A DNA stretch of 64,000 nucleotides from Octopus vulgaris (lineage: Eukaryota): contig OX597823.1 of assembly GCA_951406725.2 (NCBI GenBank), positions 113,894,001 to 113,958,000 of the forward strand. Direction: 5' to 3'. Positions 27,035 to 40,235 of the stretch are shown piece by piece; within the stretch, counting starts at the first letter, position 1, and each line of letters begins with the position of its first letter. The position numbers and the translations under genes are program-made. Below the pieces are notes generated by a model, which made no database searches, was not told the origin of the DNA, and was given only the letters and a program-made list of their open reading frames with translations.

Positions 27035-27108
27035 ATCGTAGACCGGTTTCGTCTATTTACCGATAATTACTTATGTAATTTTTTCCTCTGTAGACTCGTC
27101 AGTACGAC
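27035..27108 (-). ncRNA. Type-I hammerhead ribozyme with a fully canonical core
   Basis: Reverse complement gtcgta-CTGACGA-GTCTA-(35-nt loop containing aattac ataa gtaatt)-TAGAC-GAAA-CCGG-TC-tacgat. All core nucleotides present, G10.1-C11.1 pair, GUC triplet, 6-bp stem I. Predicted cut between 27041 and 27040. Confidence 0.9.
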
Positions 27109-27278
27109 CGTTCCAATTCACTAAAATTTGTGAAACTAAACACTAGTGGTTATCGCTAAATATACAAATGTATTGAAATTTTTTCTGATTTTTTTCGATT
27201 TATCTATATGCTAGGCTATTGGATTTAAATTGATATTAATTAAATTAATACTCAATTTATCACCCTCGTTATTTAAAT

Positions 27279-27341
<63 letters not shown>

Positions 27342-27498
27342 AGACAGACATACACGCTCACTTGGGATATTACGGGAGCAAACAAACATCTAGAATTTTA
27401 GTAGTATTAAGATATATTAAATTTCTGATACCACGAAACGAACTCAATAAGAGAAGGCATTATGCCAAAACACCAGGGAATAATGGATGGTATGAATT

Positions 27499-27569
<71 letters not shown>
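27499..27569 (+). repeat. (GCA)n-(GTA)n compound microsatellite
   Basis: Seen directly. Confidence 0.95.
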
Positions 27570-28280
27570 ATAACTTTAGATATGTGCACGGATATATATA
27601 TATATATGTATGTAAATATATCTAAATGTAGGATAAAATTTTTTTCGAAAAAATTCTTTTCCCAAAAAAATTTTATCAATGGCCAGCATATTAAAATAAT
27701 ACCTTTAAAGGTTAAAATTATAAACAATTCATAAATAAGTGCAAACGAAAAAATTCCTAATGCCAAATATGCCGAAAAATTGGACATATTGTCCATTAAC
27801 CATGTATGTATATATAGATATATTTGTGTGTGTGTGTGTGTGTACGTGCACGTATATGTGTATGTATTTGTAGCAAAACAAGAAACCAATACAAAAAAAA
27901 AATGCCCATAAAAAACACGAGAGATTCGGTGAAAAGTATGTTTGATTATCAGGAAAGAATGGAACATGTAAAAGGAATTACGTTTCGAAAACACCCCTCT
28001 TCAAATACTTGAGAAAATTCGAGGAGAAAAGAAGGAAGAGAAGAGAGAGAATGACGAGGAAGGAGCCATGAATGACAAACCCACGTGGTGTCGGTTCGCA
28101 TTTTCGACCTCACAATTACTGCTTGTTGGAAAATATGATTTAGTCCTAATCGCAACAGGTTACTACAAGAGTGCGTATAGGCGTATACGCATATATATGT
28201 ATAAACATGTTTGTGTGTGTATACCTGTGTTTTGTGTATCGCTCTATCTCCCTATCTATGTATGTATCTCTCTCTCTCTC

Positions 28281-28370
<90 letters not shown>

Positions 28371-29055
28371 CTAGACTATCTGTGACTCGTTGAGACACCG
28401 AGAAAATCTGAGTTTCCCAGCCATGGAGTTTTGTTTACTCGTGTTTTTTTTTCTTTTCCAGTTTATATTGCATGATTTCAACGAATGTGACATCGAAATC
28501 ACGCATAAACGACTCCTCTCCTCGAAAAAGGGAAAGATTTACCTCCTATTTCTTGCACGCCCTGCTAATATGTAGCAGGCATTTCGGATCCTTTATTGCA
28601 ATAAATGTTACGTCGTGGCGGAGTGAGCTAAAATTAGCAGCTAAATCATTGGCGGTGAAATACGCTAAATGCCCCCGAAAGAAACGTATGGAAATATTAC
28701 GAGGTTACGAACGGGTCTTTTAAGAAATATTTACCGTATTTTTAAAGTCGTTCTGTCTTTAAATTATTTTGCCCATCATAACGTATCTACTGCAAAAGTT
28801 TGAGTTTCTTGCCTTTCGGGGTGAAGTTATTTTTGGAGTATTTTCCCATTATGCACCATTTGGGGTATTTATACTCCAAAACCACGAATATCTCAATAAC
28901 TACTGGTCCAGTTTACGCGAAACTTATTTTATTTCATCCGAATTCACATTTCAGGAGCACTTTACTTTCAAAGTATTTTCCCATTACCCGGCAATCTGGC
29001 TGTGTAACATTGCAAGCAAGGAAGCAAGTTTGAATTTCACTTTTAATGTATAATA
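28371..29055 (-). mobile_element. Non-autonomous Helitron-like element
   Basis: Minus-strand 3' end cggtgtctc-aac-gagtcacag (imperfect hairpin)-atagt-CTAG|T, within (TA)n. The interior shares two blocks with 10470-10740. Confidence 0.6.
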
Positions 29056-29063
29056 TATATATA

Positions 29064-30180
29064 CCGGTATTGGACTAAATAAGTGGAACACGTGTTGTAT
29101 TCATTGAACATATAGTTAATATGGAGTTGGTCCTCCTTTAGCTTTCTGAATAGCTTCGATGCGTCTAGAAATTGATTCATACAGCTTCCTGACTGCATTG
29201 AGAGGAATCTTGTGCCTTTCTTCCTGCAAAACCTGCTCCAGCTGTTGCAGACACGACTGTAGAGGGTAGCGACTTCTACCTTGTCGCTCCACGATGCACC
29301 ACAGATTCTAAATAATAAGATCTAGAGATTGAGGGGACCATTCTATGTGCTGTAGATCATTATTATACGCTTAATACCAGTTTTTAACCACATGAGAGAA
29401 GTGTATTTATCATCTCAGAAGCTGCACAGACCATCAAAGTATAATGTCTGGACCATGGAAGGATTGGATTTCCCAAAATATTCAGATAATCATTGCTATT
29501 GATCTTACCATGCAGCGCAACGATTGGACCAAGAGAATTCCAAGAAATAGCAGCCTAAACCATCACAGTCCCTCCTCCGTCCTTCACTATAAGCAGAAGT
29601 CAAGGTCTAGAGCTTCCCCGGGTTGCCTGCACACATAAACTCGCCCTGCGGTGGAGAAAAGAAAAAAATTGATCTAATCCGAGAAAATTACATGCATCCA
29701 TTGGTCTGTCTGCTAGTCCTTGTGATATCTACACCAACTCAGCCTTTTCTGGATGTTTTGATGAGAATGCAGGTTTCCTTATGGCGGCTTTTCCATGATA
29801 TCCGGTTTTATTGAGCCCACAACGAACATTTTTGGTCGAAACTGGACTAGTCAGATGTTGTTTCAGCTCTGTAGTTACTTTAGGAGCAGTTGCCCGGTTA
29901 TTTTTCATCACAATTCAATTCAACACGCGACAGTCTCTTTCAGTGAGCTTCAAAGTCCTGTCGGACTTATTCCTCCTAGTGTAGGTCTTGCCCTGCTTCT
30001 CAAAATTCAGTCATAGTCCTTCATACAGTAGCTCTCGAAAAACCGAGGAGTTCGGCTGTTCTGGTGGCGGAAGCTCCTGTCATTCGAGCTCCAACAATTT
30101 TCCATTTTACGAACTCAGTGATGTCACGCATCTTAGCTTAATTTATACTACGATCTGAAAAAGAGATTGAAATAATCATT
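29064..30180 (-). mobile_element. Tc1-family element, degraded; transposase about 30131-29116
   Basis: MRDITEFVKWKIVGARMTGASATRTAELLGFSRATV..KNNRATAPKVTTELKQHL..KTGYHGKAAIRKP..EWSPQSLDL..NLW..LYESISRRIEAIQKAKGGPTPY*. TIR-like TA-ccggtattggactaaataagtggaacac at 29064. Confidence 0.9.
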
Positions 30181-30773
30181 AACTTAGATAAATAAGACCC
30201 TCTACAATGCAAAAAAGAATCCTCACAATAAAATTTGGAAGGGTATTCCTAATATAATGGCTCATTGGAATATTGGAGTTCAATTTCTACTGTTCCAAGT
30301 TGACCGATTTGCGTAGTTCAATGTTCAGAAAAGAGAGGCATTGAAATATGCGCATATTGTGTATCTTCTACCTAAAGGAATTTCCGTAGATATATAAACA
30401 GGAAATAAACGTGAAAGAATTTAAAGTCCACATTCGGAGTAGTCGTTCCTGAATGGGTCATTGCATACATGTCTGGCATATGTAGGGCTTTTAAAAGGCA
30501 AACTGCAAAGAAGCATAAACTGCCAGTCTTGCCCAAATATTAAAGTCAATTACAAAGATGAGAATGTAATTTTCCGTGGCAAAGTGTTTAGTGAAACTAA
30601 GACACTGGCGAATATTACTGCACGAAAGAAATATAATCAAAATAAATCAAAATGAATATTTTAATACTTACGTGTGTGTGTGTGTGTGTGTGTGTGCGTC
30701 AGCGAATGCGTGTGTATGTATGTGTACCTGCATGTGTGTGTGTGTCTGTCTGTCTGTGTCTATCTATCTATCT

Positions 30774-30774
<1 letters not shown>

Positions 30775-30840
<66 letters not shown>

Positions 30841-30841
30841 T
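30775..30841 (+). repeat. (TAGA)n microsatellite
   Basis: Seen directly; similar tracts at 24975-25010 and 37712-37791. Confidence 0.95.
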
Positions 30842-31972
30842 CACTATATATAGACCAATAGGTTTATAAATAATATCACAAATGATTGACCTCTGAACAT
30901 ATGAAATGAAAATATAGAAATGCTAAACAATAAAATACTAGTGTTTATCAAAACTGTAAGATTGTTATTTAAAGGTATTTAGAAATTAAGTGGTATGCTA
31001 TATTGAGAAGAAATGTGATGTTCTACGCAAGGCCCTGATTATAATTTCGGCTGTTTCGTTGAAATATCCAGGTTATATTTTATAGATTATTCAAGTATGC
31101 CAGTAATTGAGATTTGTTTTTGACGTTCTCCAGCTTAAGGAAAAAATTTACTGATTGCTATACCTTAAAGATATATAATGGAAAAAAATCATGAAACATT
31201 AGCAACAAAAACTGTTCATATTGCTGTATACATAGCTACATGTTTAAGAACATAGAGTGTATATGTCACAATAATTCGTACGAGACTGCTCTCATGGGAG
31301 TAAACTTGTGAATTTACCTTTCAGGTGATACCTAGAATCAGCAGGTCGATTTCTCTCGCTATCAACACGTCGTTTTAGAAATGAGATTTTTGATAATTAA
31401 TTCCGGACGAAAGCATGAATGGATGCAATTTACACGTTGAGAAACCATTATGGAGTTTTAGATTTAACAGCAAATATAATTTAAATCCGTTTACTTGCGC
31501 ATACAGTTTTGCTCCCAACTGGATACTCGGAAAATGATAATGAAACATGTTGAAGACACACTGAATGTCATAAAATTTTTCTGAATACAACGAGCTACAT
31601 TAAGTTCATGCAATTCATTGGCATGGTCTTCATTTATCAAATTTACATAAATACATTTCAGCTGATTTCCTACATATTTAGTGTTGCTTCAATGAATCGC
31701 CATTAAAACTGCATCCTTTGTATAATGCCATCATTTACGCATGAAACAGCATTGCTAGAGAACTATGCAATAATTTCTGCTCAACTTTTAGCTTCGAAAG
31801 ACTCGAGGCTATACTGAAGATAAAGAGGATTAAAATATGTAATTCGCTGAAGACGACGGAGGATTTCTGAATAAAAGAATATGTTTAAACTATGAAGCCA
31901 TGCATCGATCCACTCACCCATATATCAATGTGGTTGCATGATTATCTGTTTATTCTTAAGCACATACATACA

Positions 31973-32046
<74 letters not shown>

Positions 32047-32053
32047 CATACGT

Positions 32054-32122
<69 letters not shown>

Positions 32123-32131
32123 CATACGTAG

Positions 32132-32170
<39 letters not shown>

Positions 32171-32501
32171 CATACGTAGATATATATATATATATATACG
32201 TGTGAGTGTATGAATACAGAAACTATAGATACTACGTATATATGTGTATGTGTGTGCTTGTGTGTATGCATGTGTGTGTGTGTAAGTATATACCTACCGA
32301 CTTATATATACACAAGCATACATATGTGTATATAATGTCGATATGTATGTACATATATGTATGCAAATATACATTTATAGATGTATATACATATACACAC
32401 ACATGCATACATATATACATGTATATAGATATAGATATAGATAGATAGAGTTATATATATAATATTATATATACATATATATTTATATATACAAAGATTT
32501 A

Positions 32502-33018
32502 CAGGTTGTGAGGGATAGATAGTCGCCATGTTATATTTTATAAATTTCGCTCACGCACCTGGTTTGTTTTTGATTTTGTCCATTACACAGTATAGTAGGA
32601 TCGGTTGGATACCGTCTGTGAGAAAAACTGCACCATGACGCAATTAACTTTGCCAGAAATTTGGAGACGCCATGCTGTACTGCTTGGCATTTGCACCGGA
32701 AGTTCCAATGCGAACATTGCAGAGTGTTGGGTGTCAATCTGAATCCCCGAAACGTGTACCGATAGTGATAAAAATCAAACATCCAATCAACATCATGATG
32801 TTGGAGGGATAACTAGTGATAGCGCCGTTGTGCTTCCATTCATTGTCCCACGCGGCCTGAGACTCAAGTGCCCGAAGGAAGTGGTGCCACCCTGGGTCAA
32901 GAAAGTGGCTGCGCGAGACGCAATGTCTAGCAACATGACTCTGCAGTTTGCCACACAAGGAGGAGAACCCAGTCATAGCTGTGAAACAATGTATGCGGCT
33001 ACATCATCCCTAACATCT
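32502..33018 (+). mobile_element. Second DD37D/maT-like remnant, internally deleted
   Basis: Left end TA-CAGGTTGTG. Translation WRRHAVLLGI..KIKHPINIMM..TSD..VLPFIVPRGLRL..EVVPPWVKKVAA..QHDSAVCHTRRRTQS..IIPNI, truncated by a SINE. Confidence 0.75.
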
Positions 33019-33019
33019 A

Positions 33020-33165
33020 TATATTCACGTTGCTCCAGTCCACTCAGCTGGCAAAAATGAGTAATCCTCCCACGGACTTGCGTCCCGTCCTGGTGGGGAA
33101 TTTCTACGCCACTGAAACTGGGAAACCGGACCTTATGAGCCTGGCATAGCTCGAGAAGGAACATT
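33020..33165 (+). mobile_element. 5'-truncated SINE (3' half of the 51756-52014 family)
   Basis: ttcacgttgctccagtccactcagctggcaaaaatgagtaa...gcgtcccgtcc.g.tggggaa...gaaac.gggaaaccgg. Confidence 0.8.
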
Positions 33166-33167
33166 TA

Positions 33168-33456
33168 GAGGAGGCACATGGCCTAGTAGTTAGCGATCGA
33201 GGGAGCGCGGGTGCGAATCTCAGACCGGCCGATGTGTGTGTTTATGAGCGAAACACCTCAGCTCCACGTGGCTCCGGCAGAAGGTAATGACGGACTTCTG
33301 CTGACTCTTTCGGCACAACTTTCTCTCACTCTTGCCTCCTGCATTTTGCAGCTCACCTGCGATGGACCGGCATCCAGTCCAGGTGGGGAACCTATACGCC
33401 AAGGAAACCGGGAAACCAGCCCTATGAGCCAGGTGTGACTCGAGAAAGAACAACAA
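33168..33456 (+). mobile_element. Chimeric SINE: family C head and body with the 51756-type tail
   Basis: 5' part matches 26392 (gagcgaaacacct.agctccacg.gctccggcag...aactttctctcactctt). 3' part matches the gtccag.tggggaa...tacgcca..gaaaccgggaaacc..c..atgagcc tail. Confidence 0.8.
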
Positions 33457-33499
33457 TAATATATATATATATTATATGTATATATGTGTGTACATACTT

Positions 33500-33555
<56 letters not shown>

Positions 33556-34014
33556 GTATACATCAATAGATATACATATAGTTAGATAGTAAGACACCTT
33601 CATACTCCGCCAATCTTCATAACTATCATCCATGTTATACCATCTGATACTCATAACCCTACATGCACCCCTATCATCAAACACATATTTTCTCTTATAT
33701 TTTACACTAGCTTCCGCTCCCACCTCCTAACACTCGCGTTTCATCACACACACTTGACTACATGTGCACCAGCATCCCATTCCATCACTACCCTACGCTA
33801 CTATAATCCTGCCCTTACACACATCTGCTCCCCCACATCCGCTCATCTTAAACCATAGAATCACCCCTCTACGGGTGGCCCGCATATCCGTTCCTCTATT
33901 ATTAACTCCTCCCATAGAACCGCATAATCACAAGGTCTCTAACCACTCGCCCATTTATTTTTATCTACGCTCGAGCAAATTTTCGGTTTCATATTTCTGG
34001 AGTTTACTGCCATA

Positions 34015-34054
34015 GCGTCCTCTGATGAAGGGATAGTGTTCGAAAAGTCAATGC
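34015..34054 (+). ncRNA. Degenerate hammerhead motif
   Basis: CTGATGA-agggatagtgttc-GAAA-ag-TC. Core intact but stems poorly paired. Followed by the same type of 3' flank as other motif-bearing repeats. Confidence 0.4.
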
Positions 34055-34301
34055 ACTTTACTTTCTTCAAAGCGTTTAACTGATATGATATTTTTTTACA
34101 CTTGTTTCTCATCTATGGTCGTTTTACTTTTTGATTTATTCATTGATCACGCAATATATGCACTTACAGATACAATGCACATAAAGGCACACACAAACAC
34201 ACACAACGCACATAAACACACATGCACACACATATATATATATATACATGTGGATGTTGATCATGTGTATCTATACATGCGTGTGTGTGGGAGGGCGCTT
34301 G

Positions 34302-34337
<36 letters not shown>

Positions 34338-34349
34338 AATGTATGTATG

Positions 34350-34380
<31 letters not shown>

Positions 34381-34413
34381 ATATGTATATATATATATAT
34401 GTATATATGTATG

Positions 34414-34464
<51 letters not shown>

Positions 34465-34468
<4 letters not shown>

Positions 34469-35359
34469 TTGTATACTGTCAATCTAACAAGAACGTGACA
34501 GTAGGGGGTACACCACCGTTATATAGCCCTAGGAGGCATCGAACGCCTCCTGACAGCTTCGACACATTTTATCCTGTGTCCTTATATACACATACGAAGG
34601 GGAGACAAACACCCCCAACTGCCGGAACTGCATCTAGGGACACCGTGTTTCAGGATCATTGTCCTTCATCGGCCTAGAGTAGCAGACACCGGTCAGCTGG
34701 CGATGTCTGTCTCGACTTCGTATCTGTATATATCTATAGTCAGTGAAGTCTATTCACTGATTATCAAAATAAGAAATATTGAGTTTCTAAATCTCTCGTA
34801 GAGAGGTGTACGGTGGTGGAGCGATATAATGGTTGTATACTGTCAATCTAACAAGAACGTGACAGTAGGGGGTACACCACCGTTATATAGCCCTAGGAGG
34901 CATCGAACGCCTCCTGACAGCTTCGACACATTTTATCCCCCTACTGTCACGTTCTTGTTAGATTGACAGTATACAACCATTATATCGCTCCACCACCGTA
35001 CGAGAGATTTAGAAACTCAATATTTCTTATTTTGATAATCAGTGAATAGACTTCACTGACTATAGATATATACATATACGAAGTCGAGACAGACATCGCC
35101 ATGACCGGTCTGCTACTCTAGATGAAGGACAATGATCCTGGTGTCCCTAGATGCAGTTCCGGCAGTTGGAGGTGTTTGTCTCCCCTTCGTATGGGGATAA
35201 AATGTGTCGAAGCTGTCAGGAGGCGTTCGATGCCTCCTAGGGCTATATAACGGTGGTGTACCCCCTACTGTCACGTTCTTGTTAGATTGACAGTATACAA
35301 CCATTATATCGCTCCACCACCGTACACCTCTCTACGAGAGATTTAGAAACTCAATATTT

Positions 35360-35364
<5 letters not shown>
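34465..35364. mobile_element. Retrozyme-like / non-autonomous PLE-like element: 364-nt unit, about 1.3 direct plus about 1.3 inverted copies, in (TA)n
   Basis: atggttgtatactgtc occurs at 34465 and 34829 (period 364). Orientation flips at about 34937-34938 on a cc microhomology and the inverted run continues to 35364. The unit is non-coding, hairpin-rich and carries a hammerhead. Confidence 0.8.
34633..34678 (-). ncRNA. Type-I hammerhead ribozyme, U4C core variant, with greatly extended stem I
   Basis: Reverse complement tctagg-CCGATGA-AGGA caatga TCCT-GAAA-CA cgg TG-TC-cctaga. Predicted cut between 34639 and 34638. Confidence 0.8.
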
Positions 35365-35449
<85 letters not shown>

Positions 35450-35863
35450 TGTATATATATAGAGAGAGAGAGAGAATGGGAGAGATAGATAGAGAGACAA
35501 TTAGGCAGATAAATAGATATACATACATATATTTGTGTATATACATATACACGCACAAAATACATACATGCATAGATGTGTATGAATATAGATGTATACA
35601 TTCAGAAATGAAAGATCAAGCATAATATCTGGATAATGTACATCTATGTTCATTTCCTGTTTAAAACAACTTGACGAGAAACTTTAGATAGCCTACAACG
35701 CTATGCCTCACTCACTCTCTTTTCTCTCTCTCTCTCTCTCACTCGCATTCTCTTCCTCTCTTTCCTTCTCCCTCTCTCTATATGTGTGTGTTACATGTAC
35801 ATATGTGTGTTTGTGTATGTATATTGGCGAATACATGTATGCCTGTATATATGTGCGTATGCA

Positions 35864-35926
<63 letters not shown>

Positions 35927-36356
35927 GTGTGTATGTACGTATGTTTGTTTGCATGTTTGTATGTATCAATGCTAAAATGTTTAAATACATATCTAGGAAA
36001 TGTTTCGTAGAAATAAAGTATTCTTATCAAAACTTGCCTACGATGAAGCCATGAAAATTTCATGCGACAATAAATTTATAGAAATACATTCTCGATGAAC
36101 ACTTTTCGTTTCTGTTTAACTTTCAATACATTTTGTACATTAAAATATACCCAAACGTGAATCAGGTAATTTCTCCATCTATAGTTTTGTCAGAATGGAC
36201 TTAATGCTCTCCACACAGGATACGCCAGTTAGTAACATAGCAATTCGGTCTGGTATATTTATGAATCCAATTTAACTCATAGAAATGAGTACATTTGTGG
36301 AATACTTGATTTTCACATCAGGCTGATTCCACTTAAGTTTTATTATATCGACATAT

Positions 36357-36747
36357 AGGAGTGGCTGTGTGGTAAGTAGCTTGCTTACCAACTACATGGT
36401 TCCGGGTTCAGTCCCACTGCGTGGCACCTTGGACAAGTGCCTCCTACTATAGCCTCGGGCCGACCAAAGCCTTGTGAGTGGATTTGGTAGACGGAAACTG
36501 AAAGAAGCCCGACGTATATGTGTATATGTATGTGTGTATATATGTTTGTGTGTCTGTGTTTGTCCCCCCAACATTGCTTGACACCCGATGCTGGTGTGTT
36601 TACGTCCCCGTAATTTAACGGTTCGGCAAAAAGAGACCGATAGAATAAGTACTAGGCTTACAAAGAATAAGTCCTGGGGTCGATTTGCTCGACTAAAGAC
36701 GGTGCTCCAGCGTGGCCGCAGTCAAATGACTGAAACAAGTAAAAGAT
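36357..36747 (+). mobile_element. SINE family B, near full length
   Basis: Collinear with 15729-16146. Confidence 0.9.
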
Positions 36748-36751
36748 ATGT

Positions 36752-37214
36752 GTATGTTCTCTCTATGTGCTGGGATTGCAAAGGAGTAATTCACTTTGAA
36801 TTGTTTCCACCTAATGCAACAATCAATGCCCAAGTCTACTGTCAGCATTTAGAGCGTTTGAACCAAGCTTTGGAGAAGAAAAGACCCGCTTTAGTGAAAC
36901 GAAAAGGAATGATGTTTCATCAGGACAATGCGCGATTCGACACTGCAAAGATCATATCATAGAAAATTGAAGAGCTTGGTTAGGAAAAAATTTCTCCCGA
37001 CCATGCTCCTTCAGACTACCATTTGTTTCGTAGTTTACAGAATCATTTGTGGAACAAAACTTTCGCAAGCCAGGTGGAGATCGAAACGGAAATTCCAGAG
37101 TTCTTCGCTTTGAAGCCAAAAGGGTTTTACATTGATAGGATTTCAATTAAATAAAACACTTGATCGCTTGTTTTCTTTATTCAAAATTCGGACAGAACTT
37201 ATAGGATGACCTGA
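36752..37214 (+). mobile_element. mariner 3' fragment (catalytic domain C-terminal half plus right TIR)
   Basis: VLSMCWDCKGVIHFELFPPNATINAQVYCQHLERL..KRPALVKRKGMMFHQDNAR..PDHAPSDYHLFRSLQNHL. TIR aaaattcggacagaacttataggatgacctga-TA. Confidence 0.9.
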
Positions 37215-37504
37215 TATATGTGCGCATGTGTGTAGATGTGTGTGTGTGCGAGAGTTAGCTATATATATATGTGTGTAGGTATACATTTATATATATATAT
37301 AAATATATTTACAATAATGTGTATGCCTACGTGTATGCTTGTATGTGTGTATGTAAATACCAGCGTGAATACATTTTATAATGTAAATACACACCACGAA
37401 CTGCACTAGCTGTAAAATATTTTAATATTTTAATACAAATATAAAGAGGAATATGTAAATATATTAGAAGGTTATTCCATTGATCTCATATTTGTGTAAG
37501 TGCT

Positions 37505-37563
<59 letters not shown>

Positions 37564-37682
37564 ATACATACAAATATATATATACTTATATATATATATG
37601 TGTGTGTGTGTATGTGAGTGTGTATGTATGTATGTATGCATATATATATGCGTTCATCTATTTTTACTTGCTTATATGTGTT

Positions 37683-37790
<108 letters not shown>

Positions 37791-38376
37791 TGTTTCTTTA
37801 TGTGTGAATATATGAGTGTGCATGGGTACATGTATGTATATATGCATATCCAAAAATATATATTTGCATTCACTTATATATACTCACTAATTCACACAAA
37901 TGCACACACGCACACACATGAATATCGAGAGTTAGCTAGATATAATTTGAATGTATGTTTTTATAGATGAAGCTGTATCTTATGAGTCACATATCTGTGT
38001 TATTGTTTGTGTGGTATCTAGTGGCACTTTGTATGGGGTGGAATGGTGAAATTTTCAAAGTTTTCGACAATATAATCCTATCACTTAAATTTTGCTTGCA
38101 GTGAGACGCTTGTAAATATTTGTTGTTTTCATTGGGGAATAACTTTTCAAAGAACTCCATAGCAATTTCTAAACAGATCGCTGATCGCACCAAATCAGTG
38201 AAACATTCAAATGAGAATTGCCTCCAAATATAACAAAACAAAATTGTTTATATAATCCCTCTTGCTTCATTTGGCATTTCTATAAAACCTCTATTCTTAT
38301 CCTCTGTGTCTGAAACTGCCTTATACAAACATAAATTGATGCTTACATACATAAGTATATACGCACATACAGATAT

Positions 38377-38436
<60 letters not shown>

Positions 38437-38565
38437 ATGTGTGTGTGTATATAATTACATATATGTGCACATGAATATGCACACACAAACACACTTATGT
38501 AAATATATATACATCTGTATATACATTTACATATCTGTGTGCATGCACGTGTGTGTGTGAGTGTG

Positions 38566-38610
<45 letters not shown>

Positions 38611-39237
38611 GTGTGTGTGCATATGTATGCGTCGTGTAATAGAGGAGATATAGACGTTGTGTGAGGCAAAATAAATTTTTCCTCAGATATTAAACATTAG
38701 CTATACTTATATTTTTAAAAGCTGCATAAATGTAGAGTATTGTTTAAAATAGCACAACTGAAAGGTCCCTAATTCCTGTACTCTGAGTTATACGTCACCC
38801 ATCATTCCGTTGATTATCTCAATATTCTGAACTTGCCTCTTGAAAATGGTTTTCAAATGTTACATGAAACTTATGAAGAAAGCGATTATCATTCTAACGC
38901 TTATCTTTTTGAAACGTTTATCTTTTTAGCAAAAAAAACAACCTTGCAAACGATACAAGAGAAAACGATTGCCTCTCCTCCCGTTTTCCATCTCGCTTCT
39001 GGCACTCGTCTTAAATTTCAAGCAAGTGGAGTCAAACTTTCTACATTGACTTGCATTGTTAAGTATTACCTTTGAATCAATAATCGCATATGTGTGTCAG
39101 TGTATGTGTTTGTGCGCATCTATGTATATGCATATACACATACAAAAAAATGCACACACACATACGCACGCACGCACACACACGCACACATATATGTGTG
39201 TGTGTTTGTGTCTGTATCTATATATATAGATATATAC

Positions 39238-39327
<90 letters not shown>

Positions 39328-39328
39328 G

Positions 39329-39389
<61 letters not shown>

Positions 39390-39944
39390 TTTTTGGATTT
39401 GGTTTGCAAGATTCTTTATATGAGTTCGTGTGCTGAAGCATATTCTGTCGTGTCTGGGGAGAGTCATTTTTTTTTTTTGTACCTTATAATTTAACACACT
39501 CACCGGTAATATTTCCACTTATTTCTTATTTTTATTTTCCTAATATTTTCGTTGTGTCTTGCAACCTTTTCAATAGTTTTGACTATTGAAAAGATTGAAA
39601 GTGTTTTGTTCAAAATGCTAGCCATGAGGCCACATTTTCACTCAACACCTCATACCGCATGTTTTTTTTTATTTGAACTTACATTTCCTATAAGGTTGTG
39701 CCTTATCTACAATCAATTAGATAATTCTGCATTCGTAAGTACTTGTCTCACGCACCAGCCATAATTTTCGATAAAACCGTAGCGAATATTTTTATCAAGT
39801 AAAACAAATATTTGTGTTTAAAAATCGATTTTTGAATGTTAGTTCAGTTATCTCAATATATATATTAGCTTCTTTTCTGCTATCTGTTTGTAACCCAGGT
39901 GCTGTATAACATCGACTTTTCTACTCATTTACTATCTATTGAAC

Positions 39945-40235
39945 AGAAGACATTTCACGATGTCTGCAATATAACACGTAATCTGGTGGTATGTTTACAG
40001 TGATTTGTAAGAGCAACAGACGGCCCTTGAAATTCAGATCTTTCAAAATCAAAAACAAAAAAAAACCGAAAATCACAAAGTTGCCAACTGGCCATTGTTG
40101 AAAAATTGCACATCCAATCTCAACAAAAGCACCAGGTACAGGTCCCGAATGGTGTAGGAAAGAATTACGAAGAAGAATATTTTTCAATCGAGTGACTTCC
40201 TGGATTTTAAACAACAAGCTTTCTCCCAAGCATAT
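39945..40235 (+). mobile_element. Possible highly degraded PLE GIY-YIG fragment
   Basis: Frameshifted reading CNITRNLVVCLQ*FVRAT-RPLKFR..WPLLKN..RKELRRRIFF..ILNNKLS follows the order of Neptune-type GIY-YIG motifs. A pyrimidine-rich tract follows. Confidence 0.35.

Noticed and set aside
34339-35304. Repeated peptide [15 protein letters not shown] on both strands
   Set aside because: A by-product of the 364-nt unit duplication; short, with no homology recognised, and the sequence is better explained by RNA structure.
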